In this document: positions 29,986-40,181 of the stretch, piece after piece
Layout of the letters: each line of letters begins with the position of its first letter
Numbering within the stretch: position 1 is the first letter of the stretch
Notes under the pieces: generated by a model
What the model saw: only the letters and a program-made list of their open reading frames with translations
Databases searched by the model: none
Told to the model about the DNA's origin: nothing
Assembly: GCA_042216015.1 (NCBI GenBank)
Contig: JBDGUI010000026.1
Span: forward strand, 1-58,050
Length of the DNA stretch: 58,050 nucleotides
Reading direction: 5' to 3'
Source of the DNA: Halodesulfurarchaeum sp.
Lineage (GTDB): Archaea > Halobacteriota > Halobacteria > Halobacteriales > Halobacteriaceae
Position numbers and translations under genes: made by a program

Positions 29986-32388
29986 ATGCACTACAGCGAG
30001 GCGGCGAGTTACCTCCTCGGCTTGCGTCGGTTCCGGACCCAGCTCGGGACCGAAGCCACGCGGAACGTTCTTGAACGGGCCGGCTCACCACACGAGGGGA
30101 CGGACTTCGTCCAGGTCGCGGGGTCGAACGGCAAGGGCAGCACCGCCCGGATGCTCGACTCGATCCTCCGGGAGGCAGGCCTCGACGTCGGGCTCTACAC
30201 CTCCCCCGAACTCGACGAGTTTCGAGAGCGGATCCAGGTAGACGGCCGGAAGATCCCGAAATCCGCCGTCACCGAGTTCGTCGAGACCTACCGGGACGGG
30301 ATCGACAGCGGGGCCGCCCGCGACGAACCGCTGACGCACTTCGAGGCGACGACCGCCCTCGCCATCTGGTACTTCGACCGCCGGGACGTCGACGTGGCCA
30401 TCCTGGAGGTGGGAATCGGCGGCAAATACGACGCGACGAGCGTGGTCTCGCCGGTCGCGAGCTGTGTGACGAACGTCTCGCTCGAGCACACCGACGTCCT
30501 CGGTGACACCGTCGAGGAGATCGCTCGCGACAAGGCCCACGTTGCGCCCGTCAACGGCCCGCTCGTGACCGCCGCGGCGAACGTCTTCGACACGCTTCGG
30601 GAGCAGAGTGACCTGTATACCGTCGGCACCGAGGGCACCGACCTCGTGGTCGAGTCCCTCGGGCGGAACGGGATCGAGTCACAGACGATCGGGATTCGCG
30701 GGTCGGGCATCGATCTCGAGGCGCGAATCCCTCACCTCGGTCGTCACCAGGCGCTCAACGCCGGGGTGGCCGTCGCCCTGGCCGGCCACCTCACCGAAAT
30801 CGAGGGGGACACGATCGCTCGCGGGCTCCGGAAGGCCGAGTGGCCGGGTCGCTTCGACGTGATGGAGCGGGACCCGACTGTGCTGCTCGACGGCGCGCAC
30901 AACCCTGACGCCTGCAAGCAGCTCGGGGCAGTGCTTGAGGACCTCGAGTACGACCACCTTCACCTCGTCTTCGGGGCCATGCACGACAAGGACCAGGCCG
31001 CGATGATCGAGGCGCTGCCCCGCCCCGATCGGGCGTTCACTTGCCGGCCGGATACCACGCGCGCCGAGGACGAGCGGGTGCTCGCGAGGGGATTCGAGGC
31101 CGCCGGGGTGGACGCGACGCCGATCCCGTCGGTGCTCGAGGCTGTCGACCGCGCCATCGCTCTTGCCGACGAGGGCGATCTGGTCGTGGTGGCCGGCTCG
31201 CTCTACACGGTCTCGGAGGCCAGACAGCGATGGACGCGGACGGTCGTTCCGACCGACTCGAAACTGGCCAGCGAGGCGGACGGGACGGCCCCGGTTGCGG
31301 ACCTCGACGTGGCGACGGATCCCCCCGATCCCGATTCGCGGCGCCACCTCACGCTCCGGACTCGCCTCCCCACTTCCTGTGCGCGGACGGTCCAGCGGGG
31401 GATGCTCCGGGCGGGCGGGGAATGTCGGGTCTCGGCCCTCATCGAGGCGGCCAGATTCGTGGACGTGCTCCTTTCGGGAACCCGGTCGACGTTCGAGGCA
31501 TTCCTCGAGCGGATCGAATCCCGACCGGGGTGTCCGACCCTGCCGAACGACGTCCGGGCCGCGCTCGAGCCGACGCCGAGGGAGCTCCCGATCGAGACGG
31601 ACCGTACACCGGCGCTTCTCGGCATTCTCAACATCACGCCGGACTCCTTCCACGACGGCGGTGAGTACGACACTGTCGAACAGGCCGTCGAGCGCGCGGA
31701 GCGACTCCTCGAGGAGGGGGCAGATATCCTCGATGTGGGCGGGGAGAGCACCCGGCCCGGGGCCGACCCTGTCGAAATTCAGCAGGAGATCGACCGGGTC
31801 GTGCCGGTGCTCGAAGCCCTGCAGGGGCTGGACGTCCCGGTCTCCGTCGATACGCGCAAGGCGGCGGTTGCGGAGGCGGCGATCGAAGCTGGCGCGGAGG
31901 TCATCAACGATCAGGACGGCCTCGAGGATCCGGAGATGCGGGCGGTCGTCGCCGAGCACGACGTCCCGGTCATCGTGATGCACAGCATCAACACCCCCGT
32001 CGATCCGGATGCGGCGGTGCCCTACGACGATGTGGTTGCAGACGTCATTGGCGACCTCCACGAGCGGGTTCGGCTGGCCGAACGGGCCGGGATCGACCCC
32101 GGTAGGATCATCCTGGACCCGGGCATTGGCTTTGGCAAGACCCCGGCGGAGAACTTCGAACTCCTCGATCGATTGCACGAACTGACCGGGCTGGGACTGC
32201 CCGTGCTCTTTGCTCACTCCCACAAGTCGCTCTTTGCGGATATCGGAGACGCGAACGGCGATCGTTTGCTACCGACGGTAGTCGCCTCGGCACTCGCGGC
32301 AGAGCGTGGGGCGGCGGCGCTTCGCGTTCACGACGTCCGCGAGAATCTCGCCGCGATTCGGACTGTCCGCGGCGTGCAGACGGAGTAG
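29986..32388 (+). CDS. folCP: FolC-linker-FolP fusion (folylpolyglutamate synthase + dihydropteroate synthase)
   Basis: VAGSNGKGST, LEVGIGG, WPGRF, LDGAHN; then GILNITPDSFHDGG, DVGGESTRPGA, LDPGIGFGK, SHKS, RVHDV. Confidence 0.92.
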   Translation: MHYSEAASYLLGLRRFRTQLGTEATRNVLERAGSPHEGTDFVQVAGSNGKGSTARMLDSILREAGLDVGLYTSPELDEFRERIQVDGRKIPKSAVTEFVETYRDGIDSGAARDEPLTHFEATTALAIWYFDRRDVDVAILEVGIGGKYDATSVVSPVASCVTNVSLEHTDVLGDTVEEIARDKAHVAPVNGPLVTAAANVFDTLREQSDLYTVGTEGTDLVVESLGRNGIESQTIGIRGSGIDLEARIPHLGRHQALNAGVAVALAGHLTEIEGDTIARGLRKAEWPGRFDVMERDPTVLLDGAHNPDACKQLGAVLEDLEYDHLHLVFGAMHDKDQAAMIEALPRPDRAFTCRPDTTRAEDERVLARGFEAAGVDATPIPSVLEAVDRAIALADEGDLVVVAGSLYTVSEARQRWTRTVVPTDSKLASEADGTAPVADLDVATDPPDPDSRRHLTLRTRLPTSCARTVQRGMLRAGGECRVSALIEAARFVDVLLSGTRSTFEAFLERIESRPGCPTLPNDVRAALEPTPRELPIETDRTPALLGILNITPDSFHDGGEYDTVEQAVERAERLLEEGADILDVGGESTRPGADPVEIQQEIDRVVPVLEALQGLDVPVSVDTRKAAVAEAAIEAGAEVINDQDGLEDPEMRAVVAEHDVPVIVMHSINTPVDPDAAVPYDDVVADVIGDLHERVRLAERAGIDPGRIILDPGIGFGKTPAENFELLDRLHELTGLGLPVLFAHSHKSLFADIGDANGDRLLPTVVASALAAERGAAALRVHDVRENLAAIRTVRGVQTE

Positions 32389-32453
32389 CTCTTTTTGGTG
32401 GAGTCGCCGCTCTTCGGCGTAAAAACGGAAGAAAATCGAAGTATTTCAGGCGA

Positions 32454-34094
32454 TCAGTCGTCGTCCGGACTGATGCCGCCGCTCGGATCGATCTCGCGAT
32501 CGGATGCGTCGTGTTGCTCCTGGGTCAGGAAGATCGGTTCGACCTGACGGAAGGTGCGGATGGTGGCCCACACCGCGATTAGCAGGACGAGGGCGAACGG
32601 TCCACCGGTGAGCACGGAGGCGGTCTGCAACGCGTTCCCGCCGCCGAAGACCATCAGCAGCGATGCGAGTGCACCCATCGTGATCCCCCAGATGGTGCGG
32701 TTGATCGTCGAGGGGTGCTCCTTGCCGCCCGTGGTGAGCATACCCAGCGCGAGCGTCGAGGAGTCCGCGGACGTGACGAAGAAGGTCGTCACGAGTGCCA
32801 GGAACGTGAGCATGAGGAACAGGCCCAGCACACCCGGGAGCAGGGCCTGAAACAGCGGGTAGCCCAGTCCGTCGTATCCGAGGTTGTTGTAGGTCTCGAC
32901 GATCGGGGCGACCTTGTTCACCTCCATCCAGATGGAGGTACCGCCCAGCGCGGCGAACCACGGGATGGTCACGCCAGTGGAGGCGAGCACGCCGGTGCCG
33001 ACCATCTGTCGGACCGTCCGGCCACGCGAAATGCGGGCGATGAACAGCCCGACGAACGGCGCCCACGCGAACCACCAGGCCCAGTAGAACACGGTCCAGG
33101 CAGCCGGGAACGAGGCCGGTTTGAGGCCGGCGGAGTTCACGTACGTGCTGATTGCCGGGAAGAAGGTGATGTACTTCCCGAGTGCGTCAGTACCCAGGTC
33201 GAGGATGTACCCGGTCGGGCCGAAGACGAAGACCACGGCCATCAGGAAGAAGAAAATCACCATGTTGGCGTTCGAGACCCGCTTGATGCCCTTCTCCACG
33301 CCGAGTGCGGCCGAGAGGGTGAAGAAGATCGTCAGGCCCGTGATCATCAGGACCGTGAGCAGGTCGCTCGGTTGAAGCCCGAAGATGTAGGTCAATCCGC
33401 CGAGGAACTGCCCCCCGACGAAGCCGAGCGAGGTCGCGATCCCGCCGATGGTCGCGAACACGCCGAGGATGTCGACGAGTTTCGGCAGCGGGCCATCGAG
33501 GTTCTCCGTGCCGAGGAACGGCGCGAGCACCGTCGAGATCCGGAGCGGTGCGCCATACCGGTAGGCGAAGAACGCGATCGGCAGGGCCAGAAGCACGTAG
33601 AACGACCACGCCGAGATCCCCCAGTGGAAGAACGTGTAGGTGATCGCGTCAACGGCAGCCTGTGGCGTGCCGCCGGCGTAGGGACCACCAAACGGACTGT
33701 TGGCCGGTGGCACCCAAAGCGTGTAGTGGGAGATGGCCTCTGCGGGCCCCCAGAACACGATCCCTGCGGCGATGCCCGCCGAGTAGAGCATCGCGAAGTA
33801 AGACTTGTAGCTGTGCTCCGGTTCCTCGTCGGGCTTGCCGATCCGAATATTGCCCCACGGACCGAAGAAGAGGAAGAGCCCGAAGAGCACCAGGAAGAAG
33901 CCCACCAGGAGGTAGGCCCATCCCAGCGTCGAGGTCATCCAGTTGAAGATGTTGTTGATTACTCTTTTCGACGCCTTCGGGGAGAGAAGCAATGCGAGAA
34001 TCGCGAGAAGCGATACCCCAAGGCCGATGCCATACACCGTCCAATCGATTTCGTCGATGAACGTGCCGATTGCACCTTTGTTTCCTGAACTCAT
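32454..34094 (-). CDS. BCCT-family (betaine/carnitine/choline) transporter
   Basis: AMLYSAGIAAGIVFWG..E, FFHWGISAW, WTVFYWAWWFAWAPFVGLFIARISRGRT, TSADS. Confidence 0.93.
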   Translation of the reverse strand: MSSGNKGAIGTFIDEIDWTVYGIGLGVSLLAILALLLSPKASKRVINNIFNWMTSTLGWAYLLVGFFLVLFGLFLFFGPWGNIRIGKPDEEPEHSYKSYFAMLYSAGIAAGIVFWGPAEAISHYTLWVPPANSPFGGPYAGGTPQAAVDAITYTFFHWGISAWSFYVLLALPIAFFAYRYGAPLRISTVLAPFLGTENLDGPLPKLVDILGVFATIGGIATSLGFVGGQFLGGLTYIFGLQPSDLLTVLMITGLTIFFTLSAALGVEKGIKRVSNANMVIFFFLMAVVFVFGPTGYILDLGTDALGKYITFFPAISTYVNSAGLKPASFPAAWTVFYWAWWFAWAPFVGLFIARISRGRTVRQMVGTGVLASTGVTIPWFAALGGTSIWMEVNKVAPIVETYNNLGYDGLGYPLFQALLPGVLGLFLMLTFLALVTTFFVTSADSSTLALGMLTTGGKEHPSTINRTIWGITMGALASLLMVFGGGNALQTASVLTGGPFALVLLIAVWATIRTFRQVEPIFLTQEQHDASDREIDPSGGISPDDD

Positions 34095-34279
34095 GTGTGT
34101 TATCGTCACCCAACCGTTGGTTGTGGGTCCGATACGCACTAACGATGCCACTCGGGGTTTATGAAATTATTTATTCCTTTTTCGTCATGATCGAACGCCG
34201 ATGTCGAAGAGCACACGCTTTCCAGGGGTTTTAGAACTGATAGATCGGGATAAAGCTGGCGTCGGCGCCAAATATTGCG

Positions 34280-34954
34280 TCACTCGGCGAGCAGATCGAT
34301 CGCCTTCTCCACGGCCGCGTCGGCGTTGTCGGCGTAGCCGTCCGCCCCGATCTCGTCGCGCCACTCCTCGGAGGTCGGTGCGCCACCGACCATGACCTTG
34401 ACCTGATCGCGGACGCCCTCCTCCTCGAGCAGTTCGATGACCTCCTCCTGGTGGTCCATCGTCATGGTCATGAGGGCGGACATGCCGAGGATGTCGGGGT
34501 CCTCGTCCTTGACGGCCTGGACGAAGTCCTCGTTGGGAATCTCGACGCCCAGGTCGACGACGTCGAAGCCGTTGGCCTTCAGCATCGTGATCAAAATGTT
34601 CTTCCCGATGTTGTGGATGTCCTCGTTGACGGTGCCGAGGATGACCTTCCCGGCCGTGTCCTCGTCCCCGAGGTCCATCTCGTCCAAAAGCGGCTCGACG
34701 AGTTCGACGCCGGCCCGCATACAGTCAGCGGACATGGCCAGTTCGGGCAGGAAGACCTCGCCCCTTCCGAACTTGTCACCGACGGTCCGGACCCCCTCGG
34801 TCAGTCCCTCCTGGAGGATGATGAGCGGGCTAATGCCCTTGTCGATGGCCTCCTGGGTGAGTTCGGCCGTTTTGTCCTCCTCGAGGTCGATGATCGCCTG
34901 CTGGATGTCCTCGATGATGGGGTCGAGGTCGTCGGCTGAGTCCTCGTCTGTCAT
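34280..34954 (-). CDS. Methyltransferase cognate corrinoid protein (MttC/MtgC-like)
   Basis: Cap domain VGDKFGRGEVFLPEL; B12-binding DIHNIGKNI (DxHxxG), DLG, GMSALMT, VMVGGAP, IGADGY. Confidence 0.93.
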   Translation of the reverse strand: MTDEDSADDLDPIIEDIQQAIIDLEEDKTAELTQEAIDKGISPLIILQEGLTEGVRTVGDKFGRGEVFLPELAMSADCMRAGVELVEPLLDEMDLGDEDTAGKVILGTVNEDIHNIGKNILITMLKANGFDVVDLGVEIPNEDFVQAVKDEDPDILGMSALMTMTMDHQEEVIELLEEEGVRDQVKVMVGGAPTSEEWRDEIGADGYADNADAAVEKAIDLLAE

Positions 34955-35319
34955 GTGAATCCCTATCCCAATAGGTCGCTGTTGCAAGAATAAAGGTTTT
35001 GGAAACCCGGTCTACCCGTTCGATAGTTGACTCGTTTGCCCCCGCTCCCGTCGTGTGGTTTTCTCGAAAATCGATCGCCCTCGGGCTATACAATCAGACC
35101 TTCATTAAGTAAACTAAAATTGGAACTGCTCGTCCGACAGTATCGGCGTCCCATCCGACAAACTCCCCCTCCCTCGGTTTCCCGTCCCGACAATCGCTTC
35201 TCTTTGCTGGATCTCCGGATCGAACAGGTGAACTCGGCGCTCGTCAATCGCTTTGCTCGGTGTGACGGGTCCGGCTCGCAGAATCTCTCTCGCTCGTGCT
35301 CTCTCACCGTCGCGGGAGT

Positions 35320-37089
35320 TCACTCGATCCCGTCCGGCAAATCGAGATCCGCGAGGCCGAGGGCCTCGAGTAGATCGCCCGTCGGAACGCCCCGGTCGTC
35401 CCAGCCCCGCTCCGCGTAGTACGCCTCCCGCATTGCCTCGAACGCTTCCCTCGAGACGGCCTCACCGGCTCCCGGTCCCTCCCCGATCGGCTCCTCGAGG
35501 ACCGGGGGCAGTTCGTCGTCGGCTCGGTCGAACCCTTCCCGTACGTTGTACAGCCGGGTCATCGTCCAGATGCGTGTCCCGACTCGTCCGAGTGCCTCCG
35601 GCGAGAGATCAAGCCCCACCGCCTCGAGCCACTCCGCCCCGAAGTCCTCCGCGAACAGGGTCTCCGTGAAGTCGTCGGCGATGAGACTCCAGAGCAACGA
35701 CCGGAAGTCCTGCTCCGCGATGACCTCCCGGGCGCGCCGGACGGGTTCGTCCATCTCGGGCTCGAAGACGGCCGTCTCGATCGGTCGGGCCCGGCGGTGA
35801 CACGCCCCGCGGTCGCTCGTCGCGTACGCGAGGGCCATGCTCGGGGCCCGACGGGGGTCATAAGAGGGCAGTTCCATCCCCTTGACCGTCGGGATCAGGT
35901 CCTCGCCGCCGTAGCGGGCGGCAGCCTCGTCGATTCCGTCCGCGAGCGCGTCTCCGAGTTCGGTCCCCCGCGTCGCGATATCCTCGGCGAGGGAGACGGC
36001 GGCATCGAGATCACCGAACTCCCCCTCGAAGTCGATGACGCCCTCCTCGCCGGCCCGAATCGCCCACGCGATCGCGTTGCCCACGCCGATGATGTCCACC
36101 CCCAGCCGATCGCAGGTGAGTCCGAGCCTCGCCACGTCCTCGAAGTCGTCGATGCCCAGGCCGGCACCGAGGGTCATCTGGGTGCCACCACGGGGCGTGC
36201 TCCGCTCGCCGTCGACTGACACCTGGAAACCGCCCGGAATCGACTCGGAGCCGTGTTCGCGCCCCTGCGCGCTCGACTCGACGGCCTCGATTCCGATGTC
36301 GTCGGCCCCCTCGAAGGTGCTCTCCTGCCACCCGCGGGTCGAGAGGGCCCCGACCTCGTCGGCGAAGTCCACGGATTCGACGGTCTCGCTCGCCCGGTGC
36401 CAGTCGTCGGTCGCCCCGTCGCCGTACCGCTCCTCGTACTCGGCCCGGAGGGACTCGAGCCCCTCCGGAGGAGGGTCTCTCACGACGACTGCCTTGAGTC
36501 GCTTCGATCCCATGACTGCCCCGGCACCCCCACGTCCTGCATGATGGTCGCCGCCGTCCGAGGCGATCGTGGCATAGACCACCCTGTTCTCGCCTGCCGG
36601 TCCCGTGCAGGCGACCTTCGCGTCCGGATAGGCCGCACAGGCCGTCTCGACGTCCTCGCTCCACTCTGAGGCCGATTCAATCTCGATGTCGCCGTTTGAG
36701 ACGACGAGCGAGACCGGGTCATCGGCCCGGCCGGTGACGATGATCCCCATCGCGTCGGCCAGGCTCCCGGCCAGGTGGGCGGCGAAGTCGCCGCCGCTGT
36801 AGGAGTCGAGGAACGTGCCGGTGAGCGGCGACTTCGTGATCGCCGCGTAGCGCGGCTCTCCCGGGATCAATCCCGAAATTGGGCCGGTCATGAAGAGCAG
36901 GGCGTTTCCCGGGCCGAGCGGGTCGACTCCCGCTTCGGTTCGCTCGTAGAGATATCGGGCTCCGAGCCCCTTCCCACCGATGAACTGCCGTCGCCAGGCG
37001 GGCGGAATCTCCGCCCGATGGACCGACCGTTCGGTGAGGTCGACTTCGAGCATCGACGTTCGACGGGGTGGGACTGTCTCCGGGCTCAT
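35320..37089 (-). CDS. Aldehyde:ferredoxin oxidoreductase-family protein (atypical)
   Basis: FIGGKGLG, TKSPLTG, GPAGEN, AGRGGAGAVMGSKRLKAV, CDRLGVD, VKGMELPSYDPR, RGACH, YY..RGWD..G.P. Confidence 0.85.
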   Translation of the reverse strand: MSPETVPPRRTSMLEVDLTERSVHRAEIPPAWRRQFIGGKGLGARYLYERTEAGVDPLGPGNALLFMTGPISGLIPGEPRYAAITKSPLTGTFLDSYSGGDFAAHLAGSLADAMGIIVTGRADDPVSLVVSNGDIEIESASEWSEDVETACAAYPDAKVACTGPAGENRVVYATIASDGGDHHAGRGGAGAVMGSKRLKAVVVRDPPPEGLESLRAEYEERYGDGATDDWHRASETVESVDFADEVGALSTRGWQESTFEGADDIGIEAVESSAQGREHGSESIPGGFQVSVDGERSTPRGGTQMTLGAGLGIDDFEDVARLGLTCDRLGVDIIGVGNAIAWAIRAGEEGVIDFEGEFGDLDAAVSLAEDIATRGTELGDALADGIDEAAARYGGEDLIPTVKGMELPSYDPRRAPSMALAYATSDRGACHRRARPIETAVFEPEMDEPVRRAREVIAEQDFRSLLWSLIADDFTETLFAEDFGAEWLEAVGLDLSPEALGRVGTRIWTMTRLYNVREGFDRADDELPPVLEEPIGEGPGAGEAVSREAFEAMREAYYAERGWDDRGVPTGDLLEALGLADLDLPDGIE

Positions 37090-37561
37090 GAACACTCGGT
37101 AGTGGATACGGGTTGAGAAGTCCACCGGTTTCGGCGAGTACCCGAGCTACGACAGTCGTCCCGTCTTTTCCCTCCACCCGGTCGGTACTGACGGGGTGTC
37201 AGGCTCATCGCTTCGAAGACCTCCAATTGTGCCGGACGAACCATTCTTCATGCGTGACACTTTTACCGTCGACCGTCGCCGGTTCCCGGTGTCCCACGAT
37301 GGTCGTCACCCATGAGTTTCCGAATACACTACGTGATTCTGTCAGGTCTGTGCCGCCACCCTCTCCCACTTTTCCATAACGTGAAATGTCATCCACCATT
37401 TGATGGCACGACGCTTTTATACATTGTGTATCACCAACTTCGTTAGTTATATGTGCAAAACCGGCTAGACAAATTGATGTGGGGCCGGTTCACATCCTGC
37501 GACGATCGGAAGGATCGTCGCCTCATGGCGATCGCACGTGGACAGTCCCGAGGTACAATAA

Positions 37562-40102
37562 ATGAGTTCGAACACACTACCCGACAGCGCCGGTACAGTA
37601 ATTATCGGCGCCGGCATCGTGGGGAACAGTCTCGCATATCATCTCGCAGATCAGGGTCGAGAGGACATTTTGCTCGTGGACAAGGGCCCGCTGCCCGACC
37701 CGGGTGGATCGACCGGTCACGCATCGAACTTCCTGATGCCGGTCGAGCATTCAAAGGAGATGACTGAGCTCACCCAGGACGCCATCGAGCAGTACAAGGA
37801 GGCCGGCGTCTTCACGAAGGCCGGTGGGCTCGAGGTCGCCCGGACCGAGGAACAGATGGAGGAGAACAAGCGCCGGGTTCAGTCCGCGAAGGCCTACGGG
37901 GCCAACGCCAAACTCATCGACGCCGATGAGGTCAAAGAGCTCGTCCCGTACATCAACGAGGACATCATCAAGGGCGCCATGTACGCGCCCGACGCCGGTG
38001 TCTGTGACTCCCTCCAGTTCGGTGAGATCTGCCGCGAGCGCGCGAAGGACATGGGCGCACTGACGGTCTCGCCGAACACGGAGGTCACCGACATCCACAC
38101 CGAGTGGGACACCGTCACCGAGATCGAGACCGACCGTGGTAACGTGAAGGTCGAGGACGAACTCGTCATTGCCGCCGGTATCTGGAGCCCGAAACTGGCC
38201 GAGATGGCGGGCACCCGCATTCCGCTCACCCCGGCGGTCCACCAGATGATCAGCGTCGGCCCCATCGAGCAGTTCGAGGAGCGGGGCGTCGAGGGCATTG
38301 AAGACCCGATCGTCCGTGACATGGACCACCGGATGTACGAACGCCAGCACGGCAGCGAGATCGAGGTCGGCTCCTATTCGCATCGACCGATCCTGTGGGA
38401 CGTCGAGGATATCCCGTCCATCGACGAGGCGCCGCTCTCTCCGACCCAGCCGCCGCTCACCGACGACGCCTTCGAGGAGTCGATGGAGCACGCTCTCGAG
38501 ATCATGCCGGAGATCCTGGACGACCCCAACGCGGGGATCCGCCACTCCATCGACGGCCTGCTCTCTCTGACTGCCGACGGCGGCCCGGTCGTGGGTCCGG
38601 TCAAGGACCTCGACAACCTGTGGTCCGTCGCGGCCATCTGGATCAAGGAGGCACCAGCCATCGCGAAGGAGGTCGCAAAGTGGATGACCCAGGGCTACGG
38701 TGCCATCGAGACGGACCTCGAGGGCATCAACATCGCCCGCTACGACGAGTACGGTCGCGCCGAGGACTACATCGACGCCCGCTCGAGGGAGGGCTTCCGC
38801 AAGATCTACGGTACAGTACACCCCTCCGAGCAGTGGCAGAGTGCCCGTCCACTCCGCACGACGGGCTTCCACGACCGCCTCGAGGAGCACGACGCCGAAT
38901 TCTGGGAGTCCGCCGGCTGGGAACGGCCGCGCTGGTTCCGGGAGAACGCGGACCTCCTTCAGACGTATCAGCAGACCATCAACGAGTTTTCCCGACCCAA
39001 CGAGTGGGACCGTCGCTGGTGGTCGCCGATCATCCTGGCCGAGCACCTGCACATGCGGGATAACGTCGGTCTGATCGGGGACATGGGCTTTGGCATCTAC
39101 GAACTCCAGGGGCCAGACGCCCTCGACATGGCGGAGAAACTCACCGTCGGCCGGATGGACGTCGACGTGGGCGATCTCGTCTACACGCCGGTCCTCGACG
39201 AGGAAGCTGGCTTCCGCGCAGACCTCACCGTCGTCCGTCTCGGCGAGGATCACTTCCGCTTCATCACCGGTGGCGGAGACGCCGGTCACGACAAGCAGTG
39301 GATCCGACAGCACATGGAGGGCGACATGGAGGTCGAGCTCGTCAGCAAGAGCTCCGCCCTCGGGACGATGGGCGTCTGGGGTCCGAATGCCCGGAAGGTC
39401 ATGCAGCAGATCACCGTGGAGGACATGTCCGATGAGGCCTTCCCCGCCTACACGGCAAAGGAGGTCCACATCGGCGACGTCGAGGCCTTCGCGATGCGCC
39501 TCTCCTACGTCGGTGAACTCGGCTGGGAGATCTACGCACCGATGGAGCAGACCGGTCGCCTGTGGGACACCATCTACGAGGCCGGCCAGGAGTACGATCT
39601 CCGTCCGGTCGGGACGGGTGTCTACGGTTCGACCGGTCGCATGGAGAAGGGCTACCGCCTACTCGGTGCGGAACTCGAGGCGGATTACAACCCGGTCGAG
39701 GCCGGACTCGACTTCCACGGCGTGAAGGACGCCGACTTCATCGGCAAGGATGCCTACGTCGAGGCCGTCGAGAGCGAGCCAGCGGCCAAGCTCTGCACGC
39801 TCTCCGTGAAAGATCACTCCCCGAACGGTGGCGAGGAACGCTACCCGCTCGGCGGCGAGCCGGTCAAGGACCTCGACGGGAACGTCCTGATCGACGACGA
39901 GGGCCGTCGCTCGTACGTCACGAGCGCAGCGACCGGGCCGTCCGTCGGCAAGCACCTCCTGATGGCGTACATTCCGACGGACATCGCCGAGGAGGGCAAA
40001 GAGCTGCAGATCGAGTACTTCGGCGAGGACTACCCGGTCGAGATCGAAGTCGTCGGTGCCCGACCGCTGTTCGACCCGAGCAACGAGCGGATCCTGAGCT
40101 AA
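37562..40102 (+). CDS. Dimethylglycine dehydrogenase/oxidase-like flavoprotein with GcvT (THF-binding) domain
   Basis: VIIGAGIVG, GGSTGHAS (flavinylated-His motif), GWERPRWF, RLSYVGELGWEIY, RMEKGYR; followed by etfBA. Confidence 0.88.
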   Translation: MSSNTLPDSAGTVIIGAGIVGNSLAYHLADQGREDILLVDKGPLPDPGGSTGHASNFLMPVEHSKEMTELTQDAIEQYKEAGVFTKAGGLEVARTEEQMEENKRRVQSAKAYGANAKLIDADEVKELVPYINEDIIKGAMYAPDAGVCDSLQFGEICRERAKDMGALTVSPNTEVTDIHTEWDTVTEIETDRGNVKVEDELVIAAGIWSPKLAEMAGTRIPLTPAVHQMISVGPIEQFEERGVEGIEDPIVRDMDHRMYERQHGSEIEVGSYSHRPILWDVEDIPSIDEAPLSPTQPPLTDDAFEESMEHALEIMPEILDDPNAGIRHSIDGLLSLTADGGPVVGPVKDLDNLWSVAAIWIKEAPAIAKEVAKWMTQGYGAIETDLEGINIARYDEYGRAEDYIDARSREGFRKIYGTVHPSEQWQSARPLRTTGFHDRLEEHDAEFWESAGWERPRWFRENADLLQTYQQTINEFSRPNEWDRRWWSPIILAEHLHMRDNVGLIGDMGFGIYELQGPDALDMAEKLTVGRMDVDVGDLVYTPVLDEEAGFRADLTVVRLGEDHFRFITGGGDAGHDKQWIRQHMEGDMEVELVSKSSALGTMGVWGPNARKVMQQITVEDMSDEAFPAYTAKEVHIGDVEAFAMRLSYVGELGWEIYAPMEQTGRLWDTIYEAGQEYDLRPVGTGVYGSTGRMEKGYRLLGAELEADYNPVEAGLDFHGVKDADFIGKDAYVEAVESEPAAKLCTLSVKDHSPNGGEERYPLGGEPVKDLDGNVLIDDEGRRSYVTSAATGPSVGKHLLMAYIPTDIAEEGKELQIEYFGEDYPVEIEVVGARPLFDPSNERILS

Positions 40103-40181
40103 ATCGACTGCGACCGGTCAGTCTTCCCGGGTCCGTCGGGATCCGGGTCTCAACCGGTAACGACCACACGGTATCACTAAC

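Noticed and set aside
29986..32388. FolC-FolP fusion (and the PitA fusion at 4682-6070) as novel fusions
   Set aside because: Both are established haloarchaeal architectures
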